Shown: positions 41,371-52,170, numbered from the stretch's first letter. The stretch: DNA of 64,000 nucleotides from an uncultured Haloferula sp. (GCA_965652295.1 CBFGTS010000005.1:32001-96000); one strand, 5' to 3'. Program-made: numbers and translations. The notes: generated by a model not told the origin, from the letters alone.

Positions 41371-43482
41371 ATGCATCCTTTTCTCGCCGAAAGCTTCCAC
41401 GTCCGTTGGTCCACGCTGGTGGCCACAGCCATCGAGCCGGACATCCGGCACGCCCTTGAGCTGGCGAAGGAAAACATCCGCGCCATCGCCGAACAGGACC
41501 CCGCCACGGCCAGCTACGAATCCACCTTCGGAGCGCTTGAGGACGCCACCGAGCTGCTCGACCGCGGCTGGGGCCGGCTGAACCACCTGGATTCCGTCTG
41601 CGACTACCCGGAGCAGCGCGCGGCGCTGAATGCGATGCTGCCGGAGGTATCCGAGTTCTATTCCTCCATTCCGCTCGACCCGAAGCTGTGGTCGATCCTC
41701 CACGCCTTCGGCGAATCGGCGGCCGTCGATCAGCTCGATCCGATCCGCCGGCGCTTCGTCGAGGAAACGATGCAGGATTTCATCCAGGCCGGGGCCAATC
41801 TGCCCGCCGAGGACAAGGAGCAGGTCGCCGCCATCCAGGCGGAGCTTTCCAAGCTGACCAAGAAATACTCCGAGCACGTGCTCGACTCGACCAATGCCTG
41901 GGAGCTGGTGATCGAAGATGAGACAAAGCTCGCCGGTCTGCCGGAATCCGCCAAGGCTGCCGCGTTGGCCAATGCCAAGACCAAGGGGTTGGCCACCGAC
42001 GACAAGCCCGCCTGGAGGTTCACGCTGCAGTTTCCCTCGATGTTCCCGGTGATGCAGCATCTCGATGACGACGGCATCCGCCGCCAGGTTTGGGAAGCTT
42101 CGGTCGCCATCGCCTCGGAGGACGACCGTGACAACACGCCGCTGGTTTGGAAAATCCTCGAGCTGCGGCAGAAGAAGGCCGAACTTCTGGGCCACCCGCA
42201 TTTCCCGGACCTCACGCTGCTCCGGCGGATGGCGAAAAACGGCGAAACGGCGCTCAAGTTCGTCGAAGACCTCCACGACCGGATCGCCGCTCCTTTCGAA
42301 AACGAATGCCGCGAGCTCGCTGCCTACAAAGCCGCCAAGGCCGGGACCATCGAGCAGCCGCTGGAGCCGTGGGAAACGGCCTACTGGGCGGAGAAGCGCC
42401 GCAAGGAGCAGTACGATCTGGATGACGAGGCGCTGCGCCCGTATTTCCCGGTGGACCGCGTGATGGCCGGCATGTTCGAGCTGAGCTCGAAGCTGTTCGG
42501 CATCCGCATCGAAGAACGGGAAGCCTCGTACTTCGAGCACGGCCAGCGGCCGGAAGGCAGCGAGGCGATCGAGGTCTGGCACCCGGAGGTGAAATTCTAC
42601 GACTTGCACGACGCCACCAGTGGCGAGCATCTCGGCTCGTTTTACGCCGACTGGCACCCGCGCGAGCCGAAGCGCGGCGGCGCGTGGATGAACTGTCTGG
42701 AAACCGGCCTGCCACCGCATGATGGCAAGCCGCGCAAGCCGCACCTCGGCCTGATCACCGGCAACATGAGCCCGCCGGTCGATGGCAAGCCCGCCCTCCT
42801 GACCCACAACGAGGTCGAGACGATCTTCCACGAATTCGGCCACCTGCTCCACGGCCTGCTCAGCGAAGTGCCGGTGCGCTCGCTGGCCGGCACGAACGTC
42901 CCGTGGGATTTCGTCGAGCTGCCTTCCCAGATCATGGAGAACTTCTGCTGGGACCGCGCCTCGCTCGATCTCTTCGCCCGCCATCACGAGACCGGCGAGC
43001 CGATCCCGGACGAGTTGTTCGACCGCATGATCGCCGCCCGCAACTACATGAGCGCCTCCGCCTTCATGCGGCAGCTCGCATTCGGGAAACTGGACCTCGA
43101 ATTGCACCTCCACCTCGACCGCTATGCCGGGCGGGATCTCGACGAGGTCGATGCCGAAATCCTGGCAGGCTACAAGGCGCCACTCGCCTCGCCCGTGCCG
43201 AGCATGGCTCGCCGCTTCGGTCATCTTTTCGGTTCCCCGACCGGCTATGCCGCCGGCTATTACTCCTACAAATGGGCGGAGGTACTCGATGCCGACGCCT
43301 TCACCCGTTTCCAGGCAGCCGGCGTGATTTCGGAGGAAACCGGCCGCGAGTTCCGCGAGCATATTCTTTCGAAAGGCAACTCCGTGCCCGTGGACGAGCT
43401 CTACCGCCGCTTCATGGGCCGCGATCCCGAGCTGGAACCCCTGCTCGCCCGCAGCGGCCTGGTGGCGGAACTCCTCGCCTGA
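41371..43482 (+). CDS. prlC: M3 family oligopeptidase A
   Basis: FHEFGHLLH, WDFVELPSQ.MEN and YAAGYYSYKWAEVLDADAF motifs. Confidence 0.93.
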   Translation: MHPFLAESFHVRWSTLVATAIEPDIRHALELAKENIRAIAEQDPATASYESTFGALEDATELLDRGWGRLNHLDSVCDYPEQRAALNAMLPEVSEFYSSIPLDPKLWSILHAFGESAAVDQLDPIRRRFVEETMQDFIQAGANLPAEDKEQVAAIQAELSKLTKKYSEHVLDSTNAWELVIEDETKLAGLPESAKAAALANAKTKGLATDDKPAWRFTLQFPSMFPVMQHLDDDGIRRQVWEASVAIASEDDRDNTPLVWKILELRQKKAELLGHPHFPDLTLLRRMAKNGETALKFVEDLHDRIAAPFENECRELAAYKAAKAGTIEQPLEPWETAYWAEKRRKEQYDLDDEALRPYFPVDRVMAGMFELSSKLFGIRIEEREASYFEHGQRPEGSEAIEVWHPEVKFYDLHDATSGEHLGSFYADWHPREPKRGGAWMNCLETGLPPHDGKPRKPHLGLITGNMSPPVDGKPALLTHNEVETIFHEFGHLLHGLLSEVPVRSLAGTNVPWDFVELPSQIMENFCWDRASLDLFARHHETGEPIPDELFDRMIAARNYMSASAFMRQLAFGKLDLELHLHLDRYAGRDLDEVDAEILAGYKAPLASPVPSMARRFGHLFGSPTGYAAGYYSYKWAEVLDADAFTRFQAAGVISEETGREFREHILSKGNSVPVDELYRRFMGRDPELEPLLARSGLVAELLA

Positions 43483-43551
43483 TCCGGGCGAGCTTCTGGC
43501 GTCATCGAGAGCTTGCCATGCCGCCCTCGAGTGGGCTTGGATGGCAGGATC

Positions 43552-44976
43552 ATGAAAAAGTCCGCCTTCCTCCCGGGCAGGGTTTTCCTCTTTCTGACCT
43601 CCGTTCTGTCGGCCGGCGACCTGGCCGACATCCAGCTTGAGATGACGAAGGTGGTTGATCTGCCCTTTGTCGCCACCGACCTCAAGGCCCCTCCCGACGG
43701 AAGCAACCGGCTGTTTGCTCTCAGCACGAGCGGCGAGATCCGCATCATTGATCTTGAAGCCGGTAGCGTCTCGGCCACGCCATTCATGCAGGTCCCGGAC
43801 GTCCTGCTCGGAGCCGGGGAACGCGCGGCCTACTCGCTGGCGTTTCACCCGGACTACACCAGCAACGGTTTCTTCTACGTCCACCATGCCATTTCGGGAA
43901 ACCCGATTGCCGGTGCAACCACCGGCAACCGCATCGTCCGCTTTCAGGCCACCGATACCACGACCGCCGATCCGGGCAGCGCGCTGGTTCTTCTGGAGAC
44001 CGACAAGTACTCCAACTTCCACTTCGGAGGCACCCTCGAGTTCGGGCCCGACGGGTACCTCTACGTCGCCATCGGCGATGACGAACGTTTCGGAGGGAGT
44101 CCGCAGGAGCTCTTCAACCTCATGGGGAAGATCCTTCGTCTCGACGTCGATATGCCCTCGGGAGGCCGCAATTACGGGATCCCCGCCGACAACCCGGTGG
44201 CGGCAGGGACTGGCTTTCAGGAGATCCTCATCAGGGGTTTGCGTAACCCGTGGCGTTTCTCGTTCGACCGTGACACGGGTGCGCTCTGGATCGCGGATGT
44301 CGGCGAGGATGGTTGGGAGGAGATCAGCCGCATCGAGTCCTACACCTCCCCTTCTTCACCCCCGGACTGCGGGTGGCCCTACTACGAAGGGAACGAGGTT
44401 TTCGATGCCTTTGCAACGGTCCCGGTGGATCCCGTGCCGCCGGTCCACGTGTACGGTCACACCGGCACGCCTCCAAACCGGAGCGTGACCGGCGGCTACG
44501 TGTATCGGGGCTCACGCTTTCCACGCATGCAGGGCGTGTATTTTTTCGGTGACTACATCACGGCGAGCATTTCCGGTCTCGAACATGACGGCACCTGGAC
44601 CGCCCGCGAGCTGGCGGATCATCCGAATTTCGAAACCATCACCACCTTCGGCGAAGACGCGGTGGGCGAGCTTTATGTTGCTCTGTCACTTGGTGTTTAT
44701 CACTTGGGAGACACCCTCGAAACCACCTCCGAGACTCTTGTGGTCGTGGACGCTGGCATCAATGTCTCCGGGTTCTTCCAAGTCACCGTGACCGGGACGC
44801 AGGAAGCCTCGCTCCAGCTTCAGCGCCGCGACGATCTCGGCTCGGGATCTTGGGAGAACATCGGCGGCCCTGTGGTCGTCGGCTCCACGGATGTGACCTT
44901 GACCGATATCACCGGAACCGTGCCGTCTCTCCTCCACCCCCGGCGCTTCTACCGCGTCATGCAGACCCTCCCCTGA
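43552..44976 (+). CDS. PQQ-dependent glucose/sorbosone dehydrogenase-family secreted protein
   Basis: AFHPDY..NG.FY, H.GG.LEFGPDGYLY, GLRNPWRFSFD and DVG...WEEI motifs, plus a C-terminal ...RRFYRV tail. Confidence 0.88.
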   Translation: MKKSAFLPGRVFLFLTSVLSAGDLADIQLEMTKVVDLPFVATDLKAPPDGSNRLFALSTSGEIRIIDLEAGSVSATPFMQVPDVLLGAGERAAYSLAFHPDYTSNGFFYVHHAISGNPIAGATTGNRIVRFQATDTTTADPGSALVLLETDKYSNFHFGGTLEFGPDGYLYVAIGDDERFGGSPQELFNLMGKILRLDVDMPSGGRNYGIPADNPVAAGTGFQEILIRGLRNPWRFSFDRDTGALWIADVGEDGWEEISRIESYTSPSSPPDCGWPYYEGNEVFDAFATVPVDPVPPVHVYGHTGTPPNRSVTGGYVYRGSRFPRMQGVYFFGDYITASISGLEHDGTWTARELADHPNFETITTFGEDAVGELYVALSLGVYHLGDTLETTSETLVVVDAGINVSGFFQVTVTGTQEASLQLQRRDDLGSGSWENIGGPVVVGSTDVTLTDITGTVPSLLHPRRFYRVMQTLP

Positions 44977-45051
44977 GCAGGGCACGCCGGCCTTGCCGAA
45001 AAGGGGTCGAGGCGCTTACGTCGGGTTCCGACCGACCCCGACCTTTCTTTC

Positions 45052-45672
45052 ATGCGCACCGGCATCCTCTACCTCGTCTCCGGTCCTTCGGGATCGGGGA
45101 AATCCACGCTCTGCCGTCGGTTGGAATCCGAAGGCGAGGCGGAGTTCTCCGTTTCCTGCACCACCCGCCAGCCGCGCGAGGGGGAGGTAGGCGGGCGCGA
45201 TTACCACTTCATCGATCGGGCCGAGTTCGACCGGCGGGTTGCCGCGGGCGATTTCGTTGAGCATGCCGAGGTCCACGGGAATTGCTACGGCACCCTCCGT
45301 AGCGAAGTGGTCGAGCGTCTCAAAGCGGGCATCGACGTGGTCATGGACATCGACGTCCAGGGGGCGGCGCAGGTGCGCGCTTCGCAGGACCCGCTGATCC
45401 GCCTCGCCCTGGTGGATCTCTTCGTCATGCCGCCGAACGAGCGCGAACTCGCCGCCCGCCTCAAGGGCCGCGCGACGGACAGCGACGAGGTCATCGAGCT
45501 GCGCTTGCGCAACGCCATCGAAGAAATGGCCCACTGGGACGAGTACCAGTACCGCCTTGTTTCCGCGACCCGGGAGGAGGACTACGTCCGTTTCAAGGCG
45601 CTGCTCCTCGGCGAACGGCTGCGGGTTTCGAGATTGGAAGACGGACAGGAAGAGCCCAGCATCCACCCATGA
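45052..45672 (+). CDS. gmk: Guanylate kinase
   Basis: SGPSGSGKST, SCTTRQPREGE..G.DYHF and DIDVQGA motifs. Confidence 0.96.
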   Translation: MRTGILYLVSGPSGSGKSTLCRRLESEGEAEFSVSCTTRQPREGEVGGRDYHFIDRAEFDRRVAAGDFVEHAEVHGNCYGTLRSEVVERLKAGIDVVMDIDVQGAAQVRASQDPLIRLALVDLFVMPPNERELAARLKGRATDSDEVIELRLRNAIEEMAHWDEYQYRLVSATREEDYVRFKALLLGERLRVSRLEDGQEEPSIHP

Positions 45673-46193
45673 ACATCGTCGTCGGCATCACGGGATCGAT
45701 CGCGGCCTACAAGGCGGCGGAGCTGGCTTCGCGGCTGGTCAAGGCAGGGCACCGGGTGGATGTGGCGATGACCCGGGCGGCCACCGAGTTCATCGCGCCG
45801 CTGACGTTGCAGACGCTGACCCAGCGGCCGGTGCTGGTAAGTCTGGAGGATGAGAAACAGAGCTGGAAACCGGGCCACATCGAACTGGCGGATGAGGCGG
45901 ACCTGCTGCTGGTGGCTCCGCTCTCGGCCAATACGCTCGGCAACTTCGCCCACGGATTGGCACCCGATCCGTTGTCGTCGATCTACCTGGCGCTGCCGCG
46001 TACGACGCCTGTCGTACTTGCGCCGGCGATGAACGGCAAGATGTGGCTTCATCCCGCGACACAACGGAATGTGGCGCTTTTACGGGAGGATGGCTGCCGT
46101 TTCATCGGCCCGGCGGAAGGCCAGCTCGCCTGCGGATATGAGGGAATCGGGCGGATGGCGGAAGTGGACGAAATCCTCGCAGGCCTGCCCTGA
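45669..46193 (+). CDS. coaC: Phosphopantothenoylcysteine decarboxylase (stand-alone CoaC flavoprotein)
   Basis: GITGSIAAYKA, HIELAD, APAMN..MW and LACG..GIGRM motifs. No CoaB half. Confidence 0.88.
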   Translation: MNIVVGITGSIAAYKAAELASRLVKAGHRVDVAMTRAATEFIAPLTLQTLTQRPVLVSLEDEKQSWKPGHIELADEADLLLVAPLSANTLGNFAHGLAPDPLSSIYLALPRTTPVVLAPAMNGKMWLHPATQRNVALLREDGCRFIGPAEGQLACGYEGIGRMAEVDEILAGLP

Positions 46194-46199
46194 GGCCGA

Positions 46200-47816
46200 T
46201 CAGGCCTCTGCCGCGACGGGGGCGGGCGCGAGTTCGGCGGCGAGCAGGCAGACATCGTCGTCGAAACGGTTTTCCTCGGCGTGGGAAAGCACGGTGCGGA
46301 CGATGTGTTGGAGGGAGTCCTCCAGTGGGAGGTCGCGCGTTTCCACCGCGGCTTCGGCGAGGCGGTGCTCCATGAAGGCCTGGCCGGACTCGTCCTCGGC
46401 CTCGGTGATGCCGTCGGTGAAAAGCAGCAGCCGCTGGCCGCAGTGAAGCGGCTCGGTCATGGTAGGGAAACGGGCGTCGGGGATGAGCCCGAGACCGGGT
46501 CCGCGCTGGGACTTCTCCGAGGAAAGGGTGGTGATGTTTTTCTCCCCGATCAGTAGCGCGCAGGGGTGGCCGGCGCAGGCGCAGCGGATCTCGGCCTCAC
46601 CGAGATCGATCACCGCATAGTAGGCGGTGGCGAACATGGTGATGCCGGCGCGCTCGAAAATGGCGGAGAGGCCGCGGTTGAGGCCGGTGAGGAACTTCGA
46701 GGGATCTGTGGCATTGCGGCGCTCTTTTTCCAGAAGTCCGCGGAGCATCGCCACGACCAGAGCGGAGCGGACGCCGTGGCCCATGACGTCGCAAACCAGC
46801 AGGCCGACGCGATCGGTTCCCAAGGGAACGATCTCGAAAAAGTCGCCGGCAAGCCCGGAGATGGGCAGGTAACGGGAAGCGAAATTGAGGGTGAGCCCGC
46901 CTCCGGAAACCTCCGGGACCTCGGGCCGGGCGAAGGCCTGCTGGATCTCGCGGGCGAGGTGGACTTCCTCCTCGTAGGCTTGGTTGCGTTCCGCGAGTTC
47001 GCGGGCGAGCGCGGCGGTTTGCTGCTCGGCAAGGACCAGCTTGGTGACGTCGCTCGAGACCCCGAAGGTGCCGCGCATGTTGCCGTTCTTGCCGATCCAG
47101 GGGAACTTGGAGGTGAGCACCCATGTGGTCTGGCCGTCCTCGCGGACTTCTTCTTCGAGCTTGCCGGTGATCGGAGCGCCGGTGGCCATGATCTGCTTCT
47201 CGTCGGTCTCGGCCTCCTCCCAGTGGGCGGCGGCGAAAATGTCGCGGTCGTGTTTGCCGACCATGTCCTTCGGGTGCTCGAACCCGTTCCACTGGGCCAT
47301 CTTGTTGTTGACCACCATGAAGCGGGATCCGCTGTCTTTGAAGTAAACCATCAGGGGCACGTGGTCGATGAGGTCGCGCAGCAGGTGGCGCTCCTCGTCG
47401 ATCTGCGCTTCCGCTTTTTTACGGCGGGAAATGTCGATCATCGACCCGGCGATGCGCTTGGCCTCGCCCTTGCGGTCGCGGACGACCGCGCCACGGATTC
47501 TCAGCCAGAGCCAGTCTCCGGAGCCGGTGCGGACGCGGCTGTCGACGCCGAAAATCTCCGGCCCGCCCTGGCTCAGGGCACCGCGCAGGTTGGCGGCGAA
47601 GCTTTCCTGATCGTCCGGATGGATCGAGGTGTGGGGCGGAAGGAAGATGTTCGGCGGCCGCCGGTCGCCACATTCGAGGAACTCGAGGATACGGCGGGAA
47701 TAGTAGATATCCTCGCGGTCCGTCCACCAGTCCCAGATGCCTTCGTTCGAGGCGCGGAGGGCGAGTTCGAGCCGGGGGTCGGACGAGTCCGGCGTAGTGT
47801 CCGGTGGTGGCGTCAT
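46200..47816 (-). CDS. PAS-PAS-SpoIIE (PP2C) serine phosphatase
   Basis: AGDFFE, CDVMGHG, CAGHP, FTDGITEA and DDVCLL motifs, with two PAS/PAC domains. Confidence 0.92.
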   Translation of the reverse strand: MTPPPDTTPDSSDPRLELALRASNEGIWDWWTDREDIYYSRRILEFLECGDRRPPNIFLPPHTSIHPDDQESFAANLRGALSQGGPEIFGVDSRVRTGSGDWLWLRIRGAVVRDRKGEAKRIAGSMIDISRRKKAEAQIDEERHLLRDLIDHVPLMVYFKDSGSRFMVVNNKMAQWNGFEHPKDMVGKHDRDIFAAAHWEEAETDEKQIMATGAPITGKLEEEVREDGQTTWVLTSKFPWIGKNGNMRGTFGVSSDVTKLVLAEQQTAALARELAERNQAYEEEVHLAREIQQAFARPEVPEVSGGGLTLNFASRYLPISGLAGDFFEIVPLGTDRVGLLVCDVMGHGVRSALVVAMLRGLLEKERRNATDPSKFLTGLNRGLSAIFERAGITMFATAYYAVIDLGEAEIRCACAGHPCALLIGEKNITTLSSEKSQRGPGLGLIPDARFPTMTEPLHCGQRLLLFTDGITEAEDESGQAFMEHRLAEAAVETRDLPLEDSLQHIVRTVLSHAEENRFDDDVCLLAAELAPAPVAAEA

Positions 47817-47871
47817 GGAGGTTGAATCAAGCAGACGGCCGGGCATCCGGCAAAACCTTTCCCCGGCCCGG

Positions 47872-48408
47872 TCAGCGGGGTTTCTCGAGCCATTCCCGGG
47901 TCAGCGGGCCGAAGTAGGCTTGCTCGGAAATGTCGGTCAACAGCATGCCTCCGGGGCCGAAGAACTTCCACTCGTGGCAGCCGTAGCAGAGCTGCAGCAC
48001 GCGGCGGGTGCCGGAGGAGGTCCAGACGATCGCATAGTCGGGATGGAACCCGGCGCAGGTGGTTTTCGGCCCCCAGGCTTGGTGGGATTCCGGGTCTTTG
48101 TAGAGATCGAGGACCCGCTCGATGTCTCCGCGCGGGACGCCCACGGGTTGTTCGAAGAACTTGAATCCTTCGATTTCAATCCAGCCGCCCTTTGCCACCT
48201 GCTGGTCGTAGGTGGCTCTTTGCGCCTCGGGATGGGCGAGGCCGCGATAGACCTTGGCATTCGAAGTATTTCCGAAATCGACCACCGCCTGCTGATGCGC
48301 GCGCGTCTCGACATCGCGCAGCGGAATTCCGCCGGACCAGCACGTGGATCCGGCGCAGGAGACGAGCAGGGCACAGACGGCCGGGAAAACCAGGAAGACC
48401 ACTTTCAT
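47872..48408 (-). CDS. Hypothetical lipoprotein
   Basis: LLVSC lipobox-like signal, CAGFHPDY and CYGC motifs. Confidence 0.65.
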   Translation of the reverse strand: MKVVFLVFPAVCALLVSCAGSTCWSGGIPLRDVETRAHQQAVVDFGNTSNAKVYRGLAHPEAQRATYDQQVAKGGWIEIEGFKFFEQPVGVPRGDIERVLDLYKDPESHQAWGPKTTCAGFHPDYAIVWTSSGTRRVLQLCYGCHEWKFFGPGGMLLTDISEQAYFGPLTREWLEKPR

Positions 48409-48708
48409 GGCTCCGAATCTACCGCCGGGCCGGTCGCTGGCAACGGGTGAGTGGGAATGGGGTGGATGCCGGTCTCATCGCCTCCCGCCTCAGGAAACAA
48501 TTCCTGTGAGATTTTCTTCGCATTCTTCCGGAAGAAATGGCCGCCGAACTAAACTTCGAAGGGGCTGGAGGGGGTGTTGGGTGGCGTTGCCGTCAACCCA
48601 CCACTCCCGCATCAGGGTTATTCCTGGTGCGGAAGGAAGCGGGTTGCCGGCAACCGACGTCAGAACGAAGTCGCCTGATGGCACAACCCAGACTCTCGGA
48701 CCCAGACT

Positions 48709-51700
48709 ATGAAACCCAAGACAAGCTTCCTGCGCCCGCTTGGGCGGGGAGGGTATTTCCGCCGTAGAGCGAAGCCAGCCCGTGGATTCGCGTTGGTGAC
48801 GGTCACCATGCTGATGGCCCTGACCGCCATGCTGGCCATCGCGATGTTGAGCCTCGGCACGGTGGTGCTGCGCGGGAGCCGACATGGCGAAGCCCGCCAG
48901 GTGGCGGACTCTAATGCCCGCCTGGCATTGATGCTGGCGATGGGGGAACTCCAGAAGAACCTGGGCGATGATCGCCGCATCACCGCGGATGGCTCGATTC
49001 TTCTTGAGAACGATAATCCGGAGGATCCGCCGCCTGGAAGCGCGATGGTGGGGGTGTGGGAGTCCGACTACAGCACGATTTCCGAGGATGAGCGTGGCGG
49101 CGTGCCCGACTACGGCGGGCGGAAGGACGAGCATTTCCTGCGCTGGCTGATCTCCTCGGGGGATCCACTCGCGCTGGAGGACCCGGACTTCCAACCGCCG
49201 GTTGACGCGGAGGAGGCGGCGCTGCTCTATGGCAGGACGTTGGATGGGTTCGATCTCTACGGCGAGCTGGTGAAGGTGGGCGAGGACCACGTTCCGGGGG
49301 CCTACGCGTGGGCGGTGACCCAAAACGGTACCAAGGCGCAGATCAACGTGGGCAACGATGTGGAACGTCGCCACGTCAACGACGCGCTTGAAGCTCCGAC
49401 ACGGCCTAACGTCGAGGTGTCCGGTCTGGCATCGCAGCCGGAAGAGGGCTGGCACAAGCGGCGGGAGAGGCTCCTGAATATGGATCAGGCGTTGCTCGAT
49501 GAAGACCTCGGCATCGATCCTGCGGAGCGCGGCGAGGTCGCGCGCTCTTACACGACGGCATCCTATGGCGTGCAGGCGGACGTCACCCGCGGAGGCCTCC
49601 GCAAGGACCTGTCGCTCGCCTTCGAGCTCTCTGATTCGGATTTCAGAAGCGACTCGCTCGACGGCATTTCCAATCCGTTCGTTTCGGGTGAGGGTCCGGA
49701 TGGGGAGCGGCCGCTTTTCGAGCCCAACACCGATGGCGGGCCGGTCTCGATCGACGTGAACTACGGCCCCTTCAGCCTTGCCAATATTTTCAAGACCGGA
49801 GCCCCGCCGACCTTCCAGTCGCTGCGTTCGCATTACCGGATTTACAAACATACCTATCGATCAACCGGCGGCACGACCGCTTTGGCAAGACCGGTGACCA
49901 GCAGCTACTACCGGGACCGTACACCCCGCGGGACCGAGACCGGGATCCAACCGATCCTCGACCGGTTGCTGATGGCGTTCAGTTTGAGCGTCCAAGGTGG
50001 CGAAATGAACGTCGTGATCACGCCGGTGATCACCCTTTGGAATCCCTATAGCGTGGCGATCGAAGCGGAAGGCTTCGTGGCGTATCCATGGATGGACTTT
50101 CCCATTCACATCCAGTGGGAAATCTCCGGCTCGAGCCGGGTCAACAAAGGCAGTCACTTGAGCACCTTTCTCGGGAACAAGTATGTGAATCAGGGACACG
50201 GCCGGCAGGAGACGCCGTACTTTTACTTCGAGCTGACGGAGGACGGGCAGGGAGGCACGGATCAGCTCATTCATCTTGAACCCGGAGAGGTGAGGGTCTT
50301 CAAACCGGCTGACAAGACCCCGGTCCCGTTCACCCGCCAACCTCCTACGGCAACGGAGCAGGCGAAATACCAGGTGCTGACCTGCCGGATGCGGCCCGCG
50401 GCTCCGGGCGAAGCCGTCGGAAACTCCGGAGGGATCGCGATTTCCATGGAAAACTCATTCAAGCCGGAGAACAACCTCGGCGTGAGGTTCACGGGAAGGG
50501 AGTCGGTGAAGACCACCTTCTCGCTGGACGTCAGCCAATACCACTATCACGTCTCGCTGGAAGACGCCGGACGGATGAAAAGCGGCAGGCCGGATCAGTG
50601 GAACAAGATCCTCGACGCCCAGGTCCGCAGCGGCAGCCAGGCGAACATTCAGTTCACCTCGCCGAGCTACTCATCGCGCGCGCTGATGTCAGTGCCGCAG
50701 ATGGTCGGCGTGTTGGAGACCTTCCACCGCACCGCCGCGCAGGGCCGCAGCCAGCTTTCGGACATCGTCTACACCGTGAATCCCCAGCAGCGGTACGTGA
50801 ACGGTTATCTCTCCAGCGTTTCCGGCGTGGGCATGTCCCCGCACTACGAATCCAGCCTGCGGCAGGCGGCGGATTTCGCGGCTGTGAATTTCCAAACCAC
50901 TCCGGATGGTGAACGCTCGTATTACGGCGAGTCGAATGCCCCGCCCGGTGGAAGAGACTACCTGTCGTTTTTCGATCTGCCGGTGCGGCCGCCCATCTCT
51001 CTGGGCGTCTTTCAGCATGCCAACGTGATGGACACGGTCTTCGGACCCGCCAACACGATCGGAAACTCGTGGGCTTCCCCTTACATCAAGCGCACCGACG
51101 TGCGCTCGGTGCTGAGGCGCTCGGCCCTGGGTGACGTCATCAAACCCCGCGGCCTCGGCATCTACGATGGCTCCTATCTCATCAACAATGTCCTCTGGGA
51201 CGGCTATTTCCTTTCGTCCATCAGCCCCGACTCGACGCCCGGTTCCAGCGGCGGAGCCACGGCATGGGAGGAGGAAACCGCGCAAGTGACCCGCGATCTG
51301 GACGAAGTCATCGAGGAATGGGTGGAGAACTCCGCTCGCCGCCCCCTCCGCAACCCCCGCAACGTCCTTCACAAGGGTGGCTACAGCGATGAAGAGATCA
51401 TCGACCGGCTCACCGGCAGCAGTGGATTCGCCATGGCCGCCGCCCACCTGCTCACAGAAGGCAGCTTCAACGTGAACTCGACCCGGGTCGACGCGTGGAA
51501 GGCGATGCTGGCCAGCCTGCGCGGGCAGGAGTTCGAGTTGGAAAGCGGCACCGAGGTGGATCCCTCGAACGCCAGCCTGATGCCGCGTCTGACCCGGCCT
51601 ACAGGCGGGGCCAACGACCAGTGGAACGGCTATCGTCAGCTCAGTGATGATGAGATCGAAAATCTCGCCGAGAGGATCGTCACCGAAGTCCGCGAGCGTG

Positions 51701-52170
51701 GGCCGTTTTTCTCCCTCGGCGATTTCGTCAACCGCCGCCTCATGAACAACGAGACCGGGTTGAAGGGTGCCCTGCAGGCGGCGATCGACAATGCGGGCCT
51801 GAATTCCTCCGCCACCGTCGCCACCTTTTCCCGCGGAAACTACCCGGAGGGCAGCAACATCCCGGAAGCCGATACCGGGGTCGGCACCCCCGGCTGGCTC
51901 ACCCAGGCGGATGTCCTCACCTCCCTCGCTCCCGTGATGGCGGTGAGGTCGGACACCTTCACCATCCGCGCGTATGGCGAAGCTCACGACGCTCAAGGTC
52001 GAGTCCTCGCCCGCGCATGCTACGAAGCGGTCGTACAGCGGGTGCCGGAGTGGCTCGACCCGAGCGATCCGCCTGAAGCGGAGCTTGAGGAGCTTTCCGC
52101 TCTCAACCAGCGCTTCGGACGGAGATTCAGGATTGTTTCGACGCGACAGATCCCCGCCGCTCTCTTATGA
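48709..52170 (+). CDS. Large pilin-like/PilX N-terminal protein (Verru_Chthon cassette protein A-like)
   Basis: RGFALVTV..LM, ANARLAL..A.GELQ..LGDDRRITA, G.FNVNST...AW and C-terminal RSDTFTIRAYGE...FGRRFRIVS. Confidence 0.85.
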   Translation: MKPKTSFLRPLGRGGYFRRRAKPARGFALVTVTMLMALTAMLAIAMLSLGTVVLRGSRHGEARQVADSNARLALMLAMGELQKNLGDDRRITADGSILLENDNPEDPPPGSAMVGVWESDYSTISEDERGGVPDYGGRKDEHFLRWLISSGDPLALEDPDFQPPVDAEEAALLYGRTLDGFDLYGELVKVGEDHVPGAYAWAVTQNGTKAQINVGNDVERRHVNDALEAPTRPNVEVSGLASQPEEGWHKRRERLLNMDQALLDEDLGIDPAERGEVARSYTTASYGVQADVTRGGLRKDLSLAFELSDSDFRSDSLDGISNPFVSGEGPDGERPLFEPNTDGGPVSIDVNYGPFSLANIFKTGAPPTFQSLRSHYRIYKHTYRSTGGTTALARPVTSSYYRDRTPRGTETGIQPILDRLLMAFSLSVQGGEMNVVITPVITLWNPYSVAIEAEGFVAYPWMDFPIHIQWEISGSSRVNKGSHLSTFLGNKYVNQGHGRQETPYFYFELTEDGQGGTDQLIHLEPGEVRVFKPADKTPVPFTRQPPTATEQAKYQVLTCRMRPAAPGEAVGNSGGIAISMENSFKPENNLGVRFTGRESVKTTFSLDVSQYHYHVSLEDAGRMKSGRPDQWNKILDAQVRSGSQANIQFTSPSYSSRALMSVPQMVGVLETFHRTAAQGRSQLSDIVYTVNPQQRYVNGYLSSVSGVGMSPHYESSLRQAADFAAVNFQTTPDGERSYYGESNAPPGGRDYLSFFDLPVRPPISLGVFQHANVMDTVFGPANTIGNSWASPYIKRTDVRSVLRRSALGDVIKPRGLGIYDGSYLINNVLWDGYFLSSISPDSTPGSSGGATAWEEETAQVTRDLDEVIEEWVENSARRPLRNPRNVLHKGGYSDEEIIDRLTGSSGFAMAAAHLLTEGSFNVNSTRVDAWKAMLASLRGQEFELESGTEVDPSNASLMPRLTRPTGGANDQWNGYRQLSDDEIENLAERIVTEVRERGPFFSLGDFVNRRLMNNETGLKGALQAAIDNAGLNSSATVATFSRGNYPEGSNIPEADTGVGTPGWLTQADVLTSLAPVMAVRSDTFTIRAYGEAHDAQGRVLARACYEAVVQRVPEWLDPSDPPEAELEELSALNQRFGRRFRIVSTRQIPAALL

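Noticed and set aside
40810..44022. 1070-aa minus-strand ORF
   Set aside because: Antisense to prlC and the dehydrogenase gene, and overlaps queA out of frame. No recognisable domain.
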